From positions 11,050 to 75,049 of the forward strand of contig CAZHZI010000002.1 of NCBI GenBank assembly GCA_964536955.1: a stretch of DNA of 64,000 nucleotides, read 5' to 3'. Under the pieces are notes generated by a model. It was not told the DNA's origin and searched no databases. It saw only the letters and a program-made list of their open reading frames with translations. A program made the translations under genes and the position numbers. Of the stretch, positions 33,888 to 41,985 are shown piece by piece. The first letter of the stretch is position 1. The number at the start of each line of letters is the position of its first letter. Source of the stretch: an uncultured Conexibacteraceae bacterium (GTDB lineage Bacteria > Actinomycetota > Thermoleophilia > Solirubrobacterales > 70-9).

Positions 33888-34688
33888 CTAGCGCGGGGAG
33901 CCCAAGCCCAGCGCGAAGATCAACGGCACGATCGCGATCGCGATCCCAACCCCGGCGTAGACAACCGATCGCCGCTGCGCCGGGGACGACGCCTTCCCCT
34001 GTATGCGCTGCCAGCCAAGGATGGCCGGCAAGATCAGCGTCTGGCACAGGACGACGAAGTCCTGAGCCAGCGAACGCGACCGCGCGTAGACGAGATCGAG
34101 CGCAACCTTGTCCGGCAGCAGCTGATCCCGGTAGTAGGCCTCCGGGTCGCCATGCAGGCTGAGGAGCCTCGCTTCCACGCCTGCGTACCGCAACTGGGTG
34201 GGTCCGGTGATGCCCGGGGGCACCGCCAGGATCTGGCGGTAGTCCTCGGCGTGCATGTCCACGAACTCGTTCAACTCCGGTCGCGGCCCCACAAAGCTCA
34301 TCTCGCCGCGAAACACGTTCCACAGCTGCGGTAGCTCGTCCAACCGAGCCCTGCGTAGGAACCGGCCGACGGGCGTGATCCGGAGGTCCTCTGCGCCGGC
34401 GATCGCGTTGCCGGCGACACCGATCTTCATCGTGCGGAACTTCAGCATCTCAAAGGCCCGGCCCCCCCTCCCGACCCTCCTGGCGCGATAGACGATCGGC
34501 CCAGGGGAGTCGAGAAAGACGGCGAGGGCGACCAGCATGGCCACCGGCAAGACAAATGGAACGAGCACGACAAGTGCGATCAGATCGAAGGCGCGCTTGG
34601 CGGACATCCAGCCCGCAGCGGAGACCGGAACGCCTCCCAGGACGGCGACGCTGGAGGCCACTTCCGGCTGCTGGTCGGATTGCCTCAT
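33888..34688 (-). CDS. Small monotopic phosphoglycosyl transferase (PglC/WbaP-C-terminal-domain type)
   Basis: KRAFDLIALVVLVPFVLPVAMLVALAVFLDSPGPIVYRARRVGRGGRAFEMLKFRTM, RITPVGRFLRRARLDELPQLWNVFRGEMSFVGPRP. Start set at MRQSDQQ (34688); 34766 and 34889 are alternatives. Confidence 0.8.
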   Translation of the reverse strand: MRQSDQQPEVASSVAVLGGVPVSAAGWMSAKRAFDLIALVVLVPFVLPVAMLVALAVFLDSPGPIVYRARRVGRGGRAFEMLKFRTMKIGVAGNAIAGAEDLRITPVGRFLRRARLDELPQLWNVFRGEMSFVGPRPELNEFVDMHAEDYRQILAVPPGITGPTQLRYAGVEARLLSLHGDPEAYYRDQLLPDKVALDLVYARSRSLAQDFVVLCQTLILPAILGWQRIQGKASSPAQRRSVVYAGVGIAIAIVPLIFALGLGSPR

Positions 34689-34819
34689 CTGGTTAGCCGG
34701 AGGGTACTGAGGGAAGCGCTGGGAAAAACGTTGAACGTCTTCGGAGCAATCGCTACTGTAGATCATCGGTCCGGAGTTGGCTGCGGGCGAGAGGTCCAAC
34801 CGCTTAGGGGGTACTGCGT

Positions 34820-35974
34820 TTGAACTGGGACGTGCCGCTGTGCCGGCCCGCATTTCGCGATGAGGAGCTTGCTGCACTGGTCGAGACATATCGGTCCGGC
34901 TGGCTGACCGTCGGTCCGCGGACAGCCGAACTCGAGTCGGCTTTTTGTGCCTACACGGGAGCTCGCCATGCCGTGGCTGTCAGCAGCTGCAGCGCCGCCC
35001 TCCATCTGGCCACCTTGGCTGCGGGGCTGAGCGAGGGAGACCAGGTCGTGGTCCCCTCGCTGACCTTCACCTCGACGGTGAACGCCATTACGCACGTGGG
35101 CGCGGTCCCGCGCTTTGCCGATATCGCCGACGTCACTCAGCCGTGGCTATCTACCTCGGCGGTGGAGGCGACGCTCGACCACCGCACGGCTGCCGTGATG
35201 ACGATGGCCTACGGAGGGCATGTAGGCCAGGTCGTCGAGCTTGCCGAGCTTGCCGAGCGCATGGATCTGATTTTGCTCGAAGACGCGGCTCATGCATGTG
35301 GCTCCAGGATCGGCGGCCGCCACGCCGGCACCTTTGGCCTCGCCGGCGCCTTCAGCTTCTCCGCCAGCAAGAACATCGGCATTGGCGAGGGTGGGATGCT
35401 CGTCACCGACGACGACGAGCTGGCGGAGCGCGTCCGCGAAGGTCGTTGGCATGGGCTCAGCTCCTCCAATTGGGAGCGCCACCATGAAGCTGCGCCCGAA
35501 TACGAGCTTGGCGATCTCGGTTTCAACTACCGGATGGACGATCCCCGCGCCGCCCTCGTCCACGCCCGCCTGCGCTATCTCGACCATGACAACCGCCGGC
35601 GGGGGGCCATCGATTCGGCCTACCGGGAGGCGTTTGCCACCTATGAGCTGATCGAGCCCACCGCACCGTCCCCAGCGGGGGAGCCGGCGAGCCACTGCAT
35701 GTTCACGGCCGTGCTGGACGAGAGCGTCGACCGCGAGGCCTTCAGGAGATCCTTGGCAGACAAGGGGGTGCAGACGAGCGTCCACTACCCGCCGGTCCAC
35801 AAGAGCGACGTCTATGCCCGGTTAGGGGTCTCGCTGCCGGTCACCGAGGCGTACGCGCGCCGCTCCGTGACCCTGCCGCTGTTTCCCGAGATGGAGAGCT
35901 GGCAGCAGGAACTCGTGGTGGAAGCGATTGGCAAGTCCCTTGGGCACTTGTCCCCGGCCACTATCGCCGCCTAG
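34820..35974 (+). CDS. DegT/DnrJ/EryC1/StrS-family sugar aminotransferase (second copy)
   Basis: TTG start preceded by aGGGGGt, 7 nt upstream. LCRPAFRDEELAALVETYRSGWLTVGPRTAELESAFCAYTGARHAVAVSSCSAALHLA. Lys region: FSFSASKNIGIGEGGMLVT. Confidence 0.8.
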   Translation: MNWDVPLCRPAFRDEELAALVETYRSGWLTVGPRTAELESAFCAYTGARHAVAVSSCSAALHLATLAAGLSEGDQVVVPSLTFTSTVNAITHVGAVPRFADIADVTQPWLSTSAVEATLDHRTAAVMTMAYGGHVGQVVELAELAERMDLILLEDAAHACGSRIGGRHAGTFGLAGAFSFSASKNIGIGEGGMLVTDDDELAERVREGRWHGLSSSNWERHHEAAPEYELGDLGFNYRMDDPRAALVHARLRYLDHDNRRRGAIDSAYREAFATYELIEPTAPSPAGEPASHCMFTAVLDESVDREAFRRSLADKGVQTSVHYPPVHKSDVYARLGVSLPVTEAYARRSVTLPLFPEMESWQQELVVEAIGKSLGHLSPATIAA

Positions 35975-35983
35975 CGCGGAGCG

Positions 35984-36688
35984 GTGAGCCTGGATAGGAC
36001 CTACCGGGACTACCTGGACAACCCCCGCAAGCGCCGAAGCTGGGCGGCGGATAACCCCGGCAACGTGGCGATCCGCGCGGAGCTCCTGGCTGCCGTACTC
36101 GACCTCGCTGCCGAGCGGCTGGATGGCGAAGGGAAGATCCTCGACGTCGGCTGCGGAGGAGGATGGCTGCTCGACGCGCTGGCCAAAAGAGGCGCCGAGC
36201 CGCGACGGCTGCACGGCGTCGACCTGATCGAAACGCGTGTGGAAGCCGCGCGGCGACGCCTGCCCGGAGCGGACATCCGCTTGGCGAACGCCCGCAACCT
36301 CCCGTATCCAGACGCTGAGTTCGAGCTGGTGGGGCTACTCACTTGCCTGTCCTCGATGCCCGACCGGAGCTCAATCGGCCAGGCCCTCGCCGAGGCCTAT
36401 CGAGTACTCACCCCCACCGGGCTCCTCGTCTGTTACGAGCCCCGGATTGCGAACCCCTTCAATCGCGCGACCGTCCACGTGCCGCGACGATTGCTCGCCG
36501 AAGCTCTCGGGCCGGAAGCGGGCTCCCTCCGGCTGACGGGCTTTCCGCCGATTGCGAGACGTTTGGGACGACTGGTACCGCGGCTTTACCCGGTGCTGAC
36601 GCGGGTGGCGCCCAGCCACCGCCTTACGGCTTTCGCTCAAGAACCGGCGAAATCGCGCGAAATGAGAAAGCGCTCGGTGACGACGTGA
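35984..36688 (+). CDS. Class I SAM-dependent methyltransferase
   Basis: GTG start. SAM loop: KILDVGCGGGWLLDALAKRG. Also FELVGLLTCLSSM and LTPTGLLVCYEP. Confidence 0.7.
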   Translation: MSLDRTYRDYLDNPRKRRSWAADNPGNVAIRAELLAAVLDLAAERLDGEGKILDVGCGGGWLLDALAKRGAEPRRLHGVDLIETRVEAARRRLPGADIRLANARNLPYPDAEFELVGLLTCLSSMPDRSSIGQALAEAYRVLTPTGLLVCYEPRIANPFNRATVHVPRRLLAEALGPEAGSLRLTGFPPIARRLGRLVPRLYPVLTRVAPSHRLTAFAQEPAKSREMRKRSVTT

Positions 36689-37968
36689 AAGAGGACGTCG
36701 GGCATCTCTAGCTCAATTGCCTCCAGCGGCAACGCCGAGGTCCAAAGGAAGGCCAAGCGCTGGAAGTGCTCGGCCAGCCAAGGGATCAACTGCAGGCAGG
36801 AAGAGTCACCCAGGACGACTGCGCGGGGCAATTCCTCGGCATCGGCGATCTCATATAGGTGAGGGGCGCGAGTCGGCGAGACTTCGAGGTGTTCGGGGGC
36901 CGGCATTCGCCGAGCGCGCAGTGTCGATGCGTCCACCTCGTCGACGTCTTCCTCCCATTGCTCGTGGTCGGCATCCTCGACAAAGCCGTCATCGACCAGC
37001 GAAACCTTCGGCTTACCGGCGAGATCGCCACGGAAGCCTGGAACCCTCACGAAGGTTGCCTCGGCGGGCAGCAACGGCTCCAGTGAAATCACCGCTTTGG
37101 ACGCCTCCTTCAAGAGAGCGCGATACCCGAAGAACGCCCCGCGATGGTTCCAACGGGAGTCGGTTCGGTTAAAGACCTCACCATGGCGGCGCGCACGGCG
37201 TAAATCCGGCAATAGATCGAGCAATGCGCCGCCGTTGACGTCGCGCAGAGCGGCGTTGATCTGCGTCACCGGTCGCGTAGCGCTGATATGGACGCCGTCG
37301 GGAAGCAATTCGCCGTACACGCGCTCCTTCATCGGGACCACTGCGACCACAGTGGGGATGCCGAGCTCCCTCAAGCGAGCGTGACGGGCGGTCAGAGCTT
37401 CCTGCCGGCCCTCGATCTCCTTGCGGGAAAGCAAACGACGGCCTCGAAGCTGACTCAGCGTGAGGTTGCGATCGTCGCGAAGAAACAGCCATCTGTCCTT
37501 GCCAATCAGCGCACAGTCACCGGGGTCGGGGGGCTCCTCTTTCTCAGGGACGAAGGCCACCGCGGAGCGACCTTCCGGTGTGAAGGTCGTCTGATTCCAA
37601 GCGTCGGCCGGAGAGCGCACTACCGTCGAAAACGACTCGACAGCGACCACATCGGTCCTGTTTTGCCCGGCCAGCACGCGGATCTTGTGCGACGCGCTTT
37701 CGGTAAGGCTCTCGGGGAGCGAGATGTCGAAGCCGTGGCGCCCCTGGCCGATGCCTGCATCGGCAAGCGCGGGTCGCTCGACATCGGCCGCCCCCCTGGC
37801 CACAGACCGCCCATCGACTTCGATCTCGACCTCCACTGCCTCGCCCGGTCGCCCCGGGTCCCAGGCCCAGCCAATGGCACGTCCGTCGATGACGGCCTCG
37901 AAACGACCCTCTATCGTCGCGGCCGCTTTGCCGGTCTCAGTCTCCTCTACCTGCTGAACCACGCTCAA
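36637..37968 (-). CDS. AlgX/AlgJ-like (SGNH-type polysaccharide O-acetyltransferase-like) protein with N-terminal beta-sandwich domain
   Basis: Central strings resemble the AlgJ/AlgX fold: IGKDRWLFLRDD, LGIPTVVAVVPMKERVYGELLPDG, FNRTDSRWNHRGAFFGY. N-terminal IDGRAIGWAWDPG...VEVDGRSVARGAADVERPALADAGIGQGRHGF module. The start (TTG 37968 or GTG 37962) overlaps the upstream stop. The homology call is tentative. Confidence 0.45.
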   Translation of the reverse strand: MSVVQQVEETETGKAAATIEGRFEAVIDGRAIGWAWDPGRPGEAVEVEIEVDGRSVARGAADVERPALADAGIGQGRHGFDISLPESLTESASHKIRVLAGQNRTDVVAVESFSTVVRSPADAWNQTTFTPEGRSAVAFVPEKEEPPDPGDCALIGKDRWLFLRDDRNLTLSQLRGRRLLSRKEIEGRQEALTARHARLRELGIPTVVAVVPMKERVYGELLPDGVHISATRPVTQINAALRDVNGGALLDLLPDLRRARRHGEVFNRTDSRWNHRGAFFGYRALLKEASKAVISLEPLLPAEATFVRVPGFRGDLAGKPKVSLVDDGFVEDADHEQWEEDVDEVDASTLRARRMPAPEHLEVSPTRAPHLYEIADAEELPRAVVLGDSSCLQLIPWLAEHFQRLAFLWTSALPLEAIELEMPDVLFHVVTERFLISRDFAGS

Positions 37969-40900
37969 GCAGCCGCCCGGTCACGATCGAAACGGCGCGC
38001 ATACTCCCGTGAGAAAAGGAGATACTCCGATAGAGCGGCGCGAGCAATCGAGTAGTGCGCCGCGGTCCGCCGTGCTCCCTCCTGGAGGTGCCGAACCCGA
38101 TCCCGGTCGGTGACGAGCTCGGCGAGCACATCAAAGGCGGAAACGGGATCGAGTGTGTCGACCGCGCAAGCGTTCTCCCCGTCGACGACGAACTCCCATA
38201 CTCCTCCAAGCCGGGGAACGATCGCTGTGCATCCACACGCCATCGCCTCCAGCGCGGTGCGGCCGAATGCCTGATACAGAGACATGTCAAGGAACACGTC
38301 GGAGCGGGCAAGGACCTTTGCCACATCCTGGCGAGTGAGGATGCCGCAATGGCTTTCGAGCAAGGCGGTCGAGTCGGTGAGGTTGGCCATCTCCTCGCCC
38401 GCGCAACCGAAGGTGACGATTTCCACCGTGGCTCCAAAGCGCCGGCGCAGCTGTTCCAGCACCGCCAAGGTGGCGGTCGGCTGACGCCGGGGCGTGCGCG
38501 GACGAACCATCGCCGCGACACGAAGGGGCCCGTCCCCGCGGACGATCTCAGGGGGGACGAACAGGCGCTCGTCGATGCTCGGCTCGACCTTTTCAACACA
38601 CAGTCCGTGGTGGTGCCCGATGACGTTGCACAGCCAGTGGGTCTTGGCGAAGAGAAGGCAGTCCTGAATCGCAGTGTAGGACTCCACCGCCTCGCGCACG
38701 TCGCCTGATTCGTGTGCGGTGAGAAACGGCTCGTAGTCCTGGACGTAGTAGGCAGGAAGGAAGTCGTCGCGGCGGGATCGGATCTCGGCGAGCATGGCAA
38801 TCGACTTGAAGTGGGTGGCGGAGATCACATTGGCGTCGGCGGTTTTGGCGGTGAGCTCATCGGTGTCGGCGAAGGTCTGAAAAATCTCACCGGCGTCGTC
38901 ATAGGCAGCTTGAGCGCGCCGCTGGGCATGAGCGGCAAGCAAGATCCGCGCAGGCACTCCCAGCTCGCGCAGACCTTTCACCTCCTGGTAGATCGAATGA
39001 GAGCCACCCGAGCCTCCGTCGCCCAGACCGGGGAGGATGAAAACGACGTTGAGTGGATCGCGCTGCCCGACATCGAGCGCGGCAGCGAGAGATCTCGGGC
39101 TTGAAAGAGCGTCTCCGACCGCATTTCTCAAAGGGCCCAGCGAGGAATCTTTCTCCATGCCGCTCACCAGTGCCTGAATTTCCTCGCGGCCGTGTTTGTC
39201 GAGGAAGATCTCGTAGTTGCGTCGGGCGATTGGCTGACGGGCCTCGGCGGTATATGACTTCGACTTCGCGTGAAAGACGTAGCTGTCGTCGACGACCGCC
39301 AGCTCGAAACCGGCCTGGGCGGCGCGGTAGCTGAAGTCATTCTCTTCGCAGTAGCCGCTGGCGAAATTCTCCAGGTCGAAATAGCCGATCGCATCGATGA
39401 CCGCACGCTTGATCACGTAACAGAACCCGTTGATGAATGGCAGGCGCGGACGCAGGCGAGGGGAAAGGCGGTCGAGGAGTTTCGTTATGCCGTCCTCCGT
39501 GACAAAGGACGGCAATGGGTTCGTCGCCCAGGCGCCATCGTCACGAAGGCGGGGAACCGACTGGTGGCTGGCGGCGTTGGAGAGAGGGCCGAGGATTCCG
39601 ATCCGCTCGTCCGACTCGCCACAGGCGACGATCCTCGTCAGCCACTCGCTGGTCACGATCGTGTCGCTGTTGAGAAGCACTACGTAGTCCCCAGAGGCTG
39701 CCCGCATGCCAATGTCCGCAGCGATCGCGTAGCCGTGTGGCGGAGTCTGGTTGTCGATCAAGGTCATCTCTGGATTCGCGGTCGACGCTTCCTCGAGGTA
39801 AGCGGTTGTCTGCGCGTCGCTTCCGTCATTGACGACGATCAGGTGAAACGGATCGATCGACTTATGGATCAGCGACCACAGGCAGCGACGCACGTCGTCG
39901 AGTGCGTCGTGGACACAGACGACGACGTCAACGCTGGGACCGCCTGCCGATGGAGCGTCGTCGGCGCCAATGAGTATCCGGCGACGATCGCGCGAGGATG
40001 GAAGCGCCATCGGATCCGCGCCTGCCGCGGTAGCCGGGCGGTACTCCGTCGCGAAGCTACGCCTTGCCTCCCGCTCCACGTCGGTGGCACGCGCGTCGAC
40101 TGCCTCAGCAGTGAGTGAGCGGCGGACCGGCTCCTCGATGTCGGCGTGCTCGGCAGCCGTAAGCCTGGCGGTCGCGGGGGACTGCTCACCGGCCGCTCCA
40201 AGCTCACGCAGCGTCACCTCGTGCAGCTTCGCCAGCTCGCTGAGCCGGCTTTCGAGCGCGGAGCGCTCCGCCTCCGCGACCTGGGCTCGGGCTCGGGCGC
40301 GCCCGAGCGCCGTTTGGAGATTTGCAAGCTGGGCGTTTACTCGCTGCATCACTAGCTCACGCTCCTCGAGCATCTCGCGCAGCTCGGCCGCGGCGTGACG
40401 CGCCGTGTCGGCCCCGGCCCGCACCTCGTCCACTGTGCGTTCGAGGCTTTCCTGCGCCTCTTCGAAGTCCGCCACCAGCCGCGATCGGGCGGCAACCGCC
40501 TTTTCAAGCTCTCGCTCCCGGTCGGCGAGCCTGCGCTCGGCCTTCTCTGCGGCCGCGGTGTTCGCACGGGCCGTCGCCCGGACCTGCTTCAGCTCCTCTT
40601 GCAGCTCTGCGAGCCGGTTTCGGTCGCGCGCATGCCGGTCTTCGGCGACCTCGACCTCTTCCTGGGCAACGCGCGCCTTGCGGCGTTCCCCGGCCAGCTC
40701 CTCCTCCAGGGCGAGCTCGCGCAGCTCGGCCGCGGCGTGACGCGCCGTGTCGGCCCCGGCCCGCACCTCGTCCACTGTCCGGACCTGCTTCAGCTCCTCT
40801 TGCAGCTCTGCGAGCCGGTTTCGGTCGCGCGCATGCCGGTCTTCGGCGACCTCGACCTCTTCCTGGGCAACGCGCGCCTTGCGGCGTTCCCCGGCCAGCT

Positions 40901-41930
40901 CCTCCTCCAGGGCGAGCTCGCGCTCCCCGAGGGCGTCCCGCTGCTTTTCGAAGCGCCGGGCCCGGCGCTTCGCGTCGTCCAGCTCGTCCCGCATTTCCCG
41001 CAAGGCGCGAGTCGCGGCCTTGGCCTCCTTGAGCGACTGTCCGCGCCGATCGTCCGCCTTGGCAGCCTCATCCTTGAGCTGGTCGAGCCCCGCACGGACT
41101 TTCGACCCGTCCCGCGTCGCCTTGACGCGCCTAAGCTCGGTGTCGATCCGCGCCCGTTCGAGGGTCTCGACGCGGGAGCGCAAGAACTCCGCCTCGCGTG
41201 TCGCCTCGAGCAAGTTTCGCAGGCCCTCGTGCTCTTCGAGCAGATCTTCGGTCGCGAGAACGCCCAGCCCGTGCTGTCCCGATATCTCATACAGGCGCCA
41301 GTCGCTCTTGCTCTGGCCGAGAAAGTCGTCAATTCCCCCGCGGACGCCACTGTGCTGCGCGGCTGAGACCGTCGCGTTGGCGAGATGGCTGTTCAGGCCG
41401 TCGTCGACCAGCTCGTCGGAGTCGGGATGAATGCCACGTCGCTGAAAGGGCCGGCGTTTGTCCTCGGGGATATTGTCGGGGTCGTAGTAGAGGTCCCGCC
41501 GCCCATAGGGCCAGGCGATGTCATGGAGCGCGACCAAAGGCGGCCGAGCTTCCTCGTCCAAAGCGGAGGACTCGAGGAGCTTGAGCTCGTTGAGAACCGT
41601 GTGCCAGTTGTGATCCCCGTCAACAAGGGCGAGGTCGACCGTCTCGAGGGTCGGCAGGACGTCGAGGCTCAGGCCTTGGTGAAATACGAAGGCTTCCGGG
41701 TGGCTCGCCTTCAGCTCCTCCACGTCGAACTGGGGACGTGGGTCGATCGAGTGCACAACAGCTCCGTGTGACTCTGCGTATTCGACGAGGGCCCGGGTCG
41801 TGATGCCCGTGTCGGCGCCGATTTCGAGGATCCGCCGCGGACCCAACGCATCGATGAGAGGCTGCAGGAGCACGTCCCAGAACGCCACCATCGACGGCCC
41901 GTGCGCAGGGTTGAGATCAGGTTTGGCCAT
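37965..41930 (-). CDS. 1321-aa multidomain glycan-assembly protein: N-terminal class I methyltransferase-like (Methyltransf_24/CmcI-like) head, ~350-aa coiled coil, GT2 domain, GT-B (GT4-like) domain
   Basis: Head: RRILEIGADTGITT, LALVDGDHNWHTV, HDIAWPYGRRD. Coiled coil about aa 240-590, charged heptad-like (ELALEEELAGERRKARVAQEEVEVAEDRHARDRNRLAELQEELKQVR x2). GT2: VDVVVCVHDALDDVRRCLWSL, LIVVNDGSD, VLLNSDT. GT-B: VVFILPGLGDGGSGGSHS, YYVQDYEPF, QAFGRTALEAMACGC. Confidence 0.8.
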   Translation of the reverse strand: MAKPDLNPAHGPSMVAFWDVLLQPLIDALGPRRILEIGADTGITTRALVEYAESHGAVVHSIDPRPQFDVEELKASHPEAFVFHQGLSLDVLPTLETVDLALVDGDHNWHTVLNELKLLESSALDEEARPPLVALHDIAWPYGRRDLYYDPDNIPEDKRRPFQRRGIHPDSDELVDDGLNSHLANATVSAAQHSGVRGGIDDFLGQSKSDWRLYEISGQHGLGVLATEDLLEEHEGLRNLLEATREAEFLRSRVETLERARIDTELRRVKATRDGSKVRAGLDQLKDEAAKADDRRGQSLKEAKAATRALREMRDELDDAKRRARRFEKQRDALGERELALEEELAGERRKARVAQEEVEVAEDRHARDRNRLAELQEELKQVRTVDEVRAGADTARHAAAELRELALEEELAGERRKARVAQEEVEVAEDRHARDRNRLAELQEELKQVRATARANTAAAEKAERRLADRERELEKAVAARSRLVADFEEAQESLERTVDEVRAGADTARHAAAELREMLEERELVMQRVNAQLANLQTALGRARARAQVAEAERSALESRLSELAKLHEVTLRELGAAGEQSPATARLTAAEHADIEEPVRRSLTAEAVDARATDVEREARRSFATEYRPATAAGADPMALPSSRDRRRILIGADDAPSAGGPSVDVVVCVHDALDDVRRCLWSLIHKSIDPFHLIVVNDGSDAQTTAYLEEASTANPEMTLIDNQTPPHGYAIAADIGMRAASGDYVVLLNSDTIVTSEWLTRIVACGESDERIGILGPLSNAASHQSVPRLRDDGAWATNPLPSFVTEDGITKLLDRLSPRLRPRLPFINGFCYVIKRAVIDAIGYFDLENFASGYCEENDFSYRAAQAGFELAVVDDSYVFHAKSKSYTAEARQPIARRNYEIFLDKHGREEIQALVSGMEKDSSLGPLRNAVGDALSSPRSLAAALDVGQRDPLNVVFILPGLGDGGSGGSHSIYQEVKGLRELGVPARILLAAHAQRRAQAAYDDAGEIFQTFADTDELTAKTADANVISATHFKSIAMLAEIRSRRDDFLPAYYVQDYEPFLTAHESGDVREAVESYTAIQDCLLFAKTHWLCNVIGHHHGLCVEKVEPSIDERLFVPPEIVRGDGPLRVAAMVRPRTPRRQPTATLAVLEQLRRRFGATVEIVTFGCAGEEMANLTDSTALLESHCGILTRQDVAKVLARSDVFLDMSLYQAFGRTALEAMACGCTAIVPRLGGVWEFVVDGENACAVDTLDPVSAFDVLAELVTDRDRVRHLQEGARRTAAHYSIARAALSEYLLFSREYARRFDRDRAAA
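40374..40436. repeat. Dispersed third copy (63 bp, 100% identical) of the last 63 bp of the 201-bp unit (40716..40778)
   Basis: ctcgcgcagctcggccgcggcgtgacgcgccgtgtcggccccggcccgcacctcgtccactgt occurs at 40374..40436 and at 40716..40778. It encodes TVDEVRAGADTARHAAAELRE twice. Confidence 0.95.
40578..40923. repeat. Perfect in-frame tandem duplication: 201-bp unit (40578..40778) followed by a 145-bp second copy (40779..40923), inside the coiled-coil coding region
   Basis: 40578..40722 and 40779..40923 were aligned by hand and are 145/145 identical. The period is 201 bp, or 67 codons. Confidence 0.95.
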
Positions 41931-41985
41931 GGCTCAACGCGCCCCTGGCACCTGCGGTTTGAGCGTCAACATGCCGCGCCCCGGC

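Noticed and set aside
34463-34469. G7/C7 homopolymer tracts inside GT and PGT genes as possible phase-variation switches (also 8621..8627, 15869..15875, 27512..27518, 43309..43315, 60936..60942)
   Set aside because: Runs of 7 G or C are expected by chance many times in 64 kb of ~two-thirds G+C DNA. None exceeds 7 nt, and all encode ordinary Gly-Gly or Arg-Gly pairs. This is below the length usually associated with slipped-strand switching.
40374-40923. Repeat array considered as a CRISPR or minisatellite
   Set aside because: There are only two to three copies. They are in frame within a long CDS, have no spacer architecture and have no adjacent cas genes. It is a coding-sequence duplication.
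40322-41430. Plus-strand ORFs (236, 323, 111 and 227 aa) with internally repeated sequence
   Set aside because: They are antisense to the coiled-coil region of the 1321-aa gene. Their repeats simply mirror the 201-bp duplication. The products are Ser/Arg/Ala/Pro low-complexity sequence.
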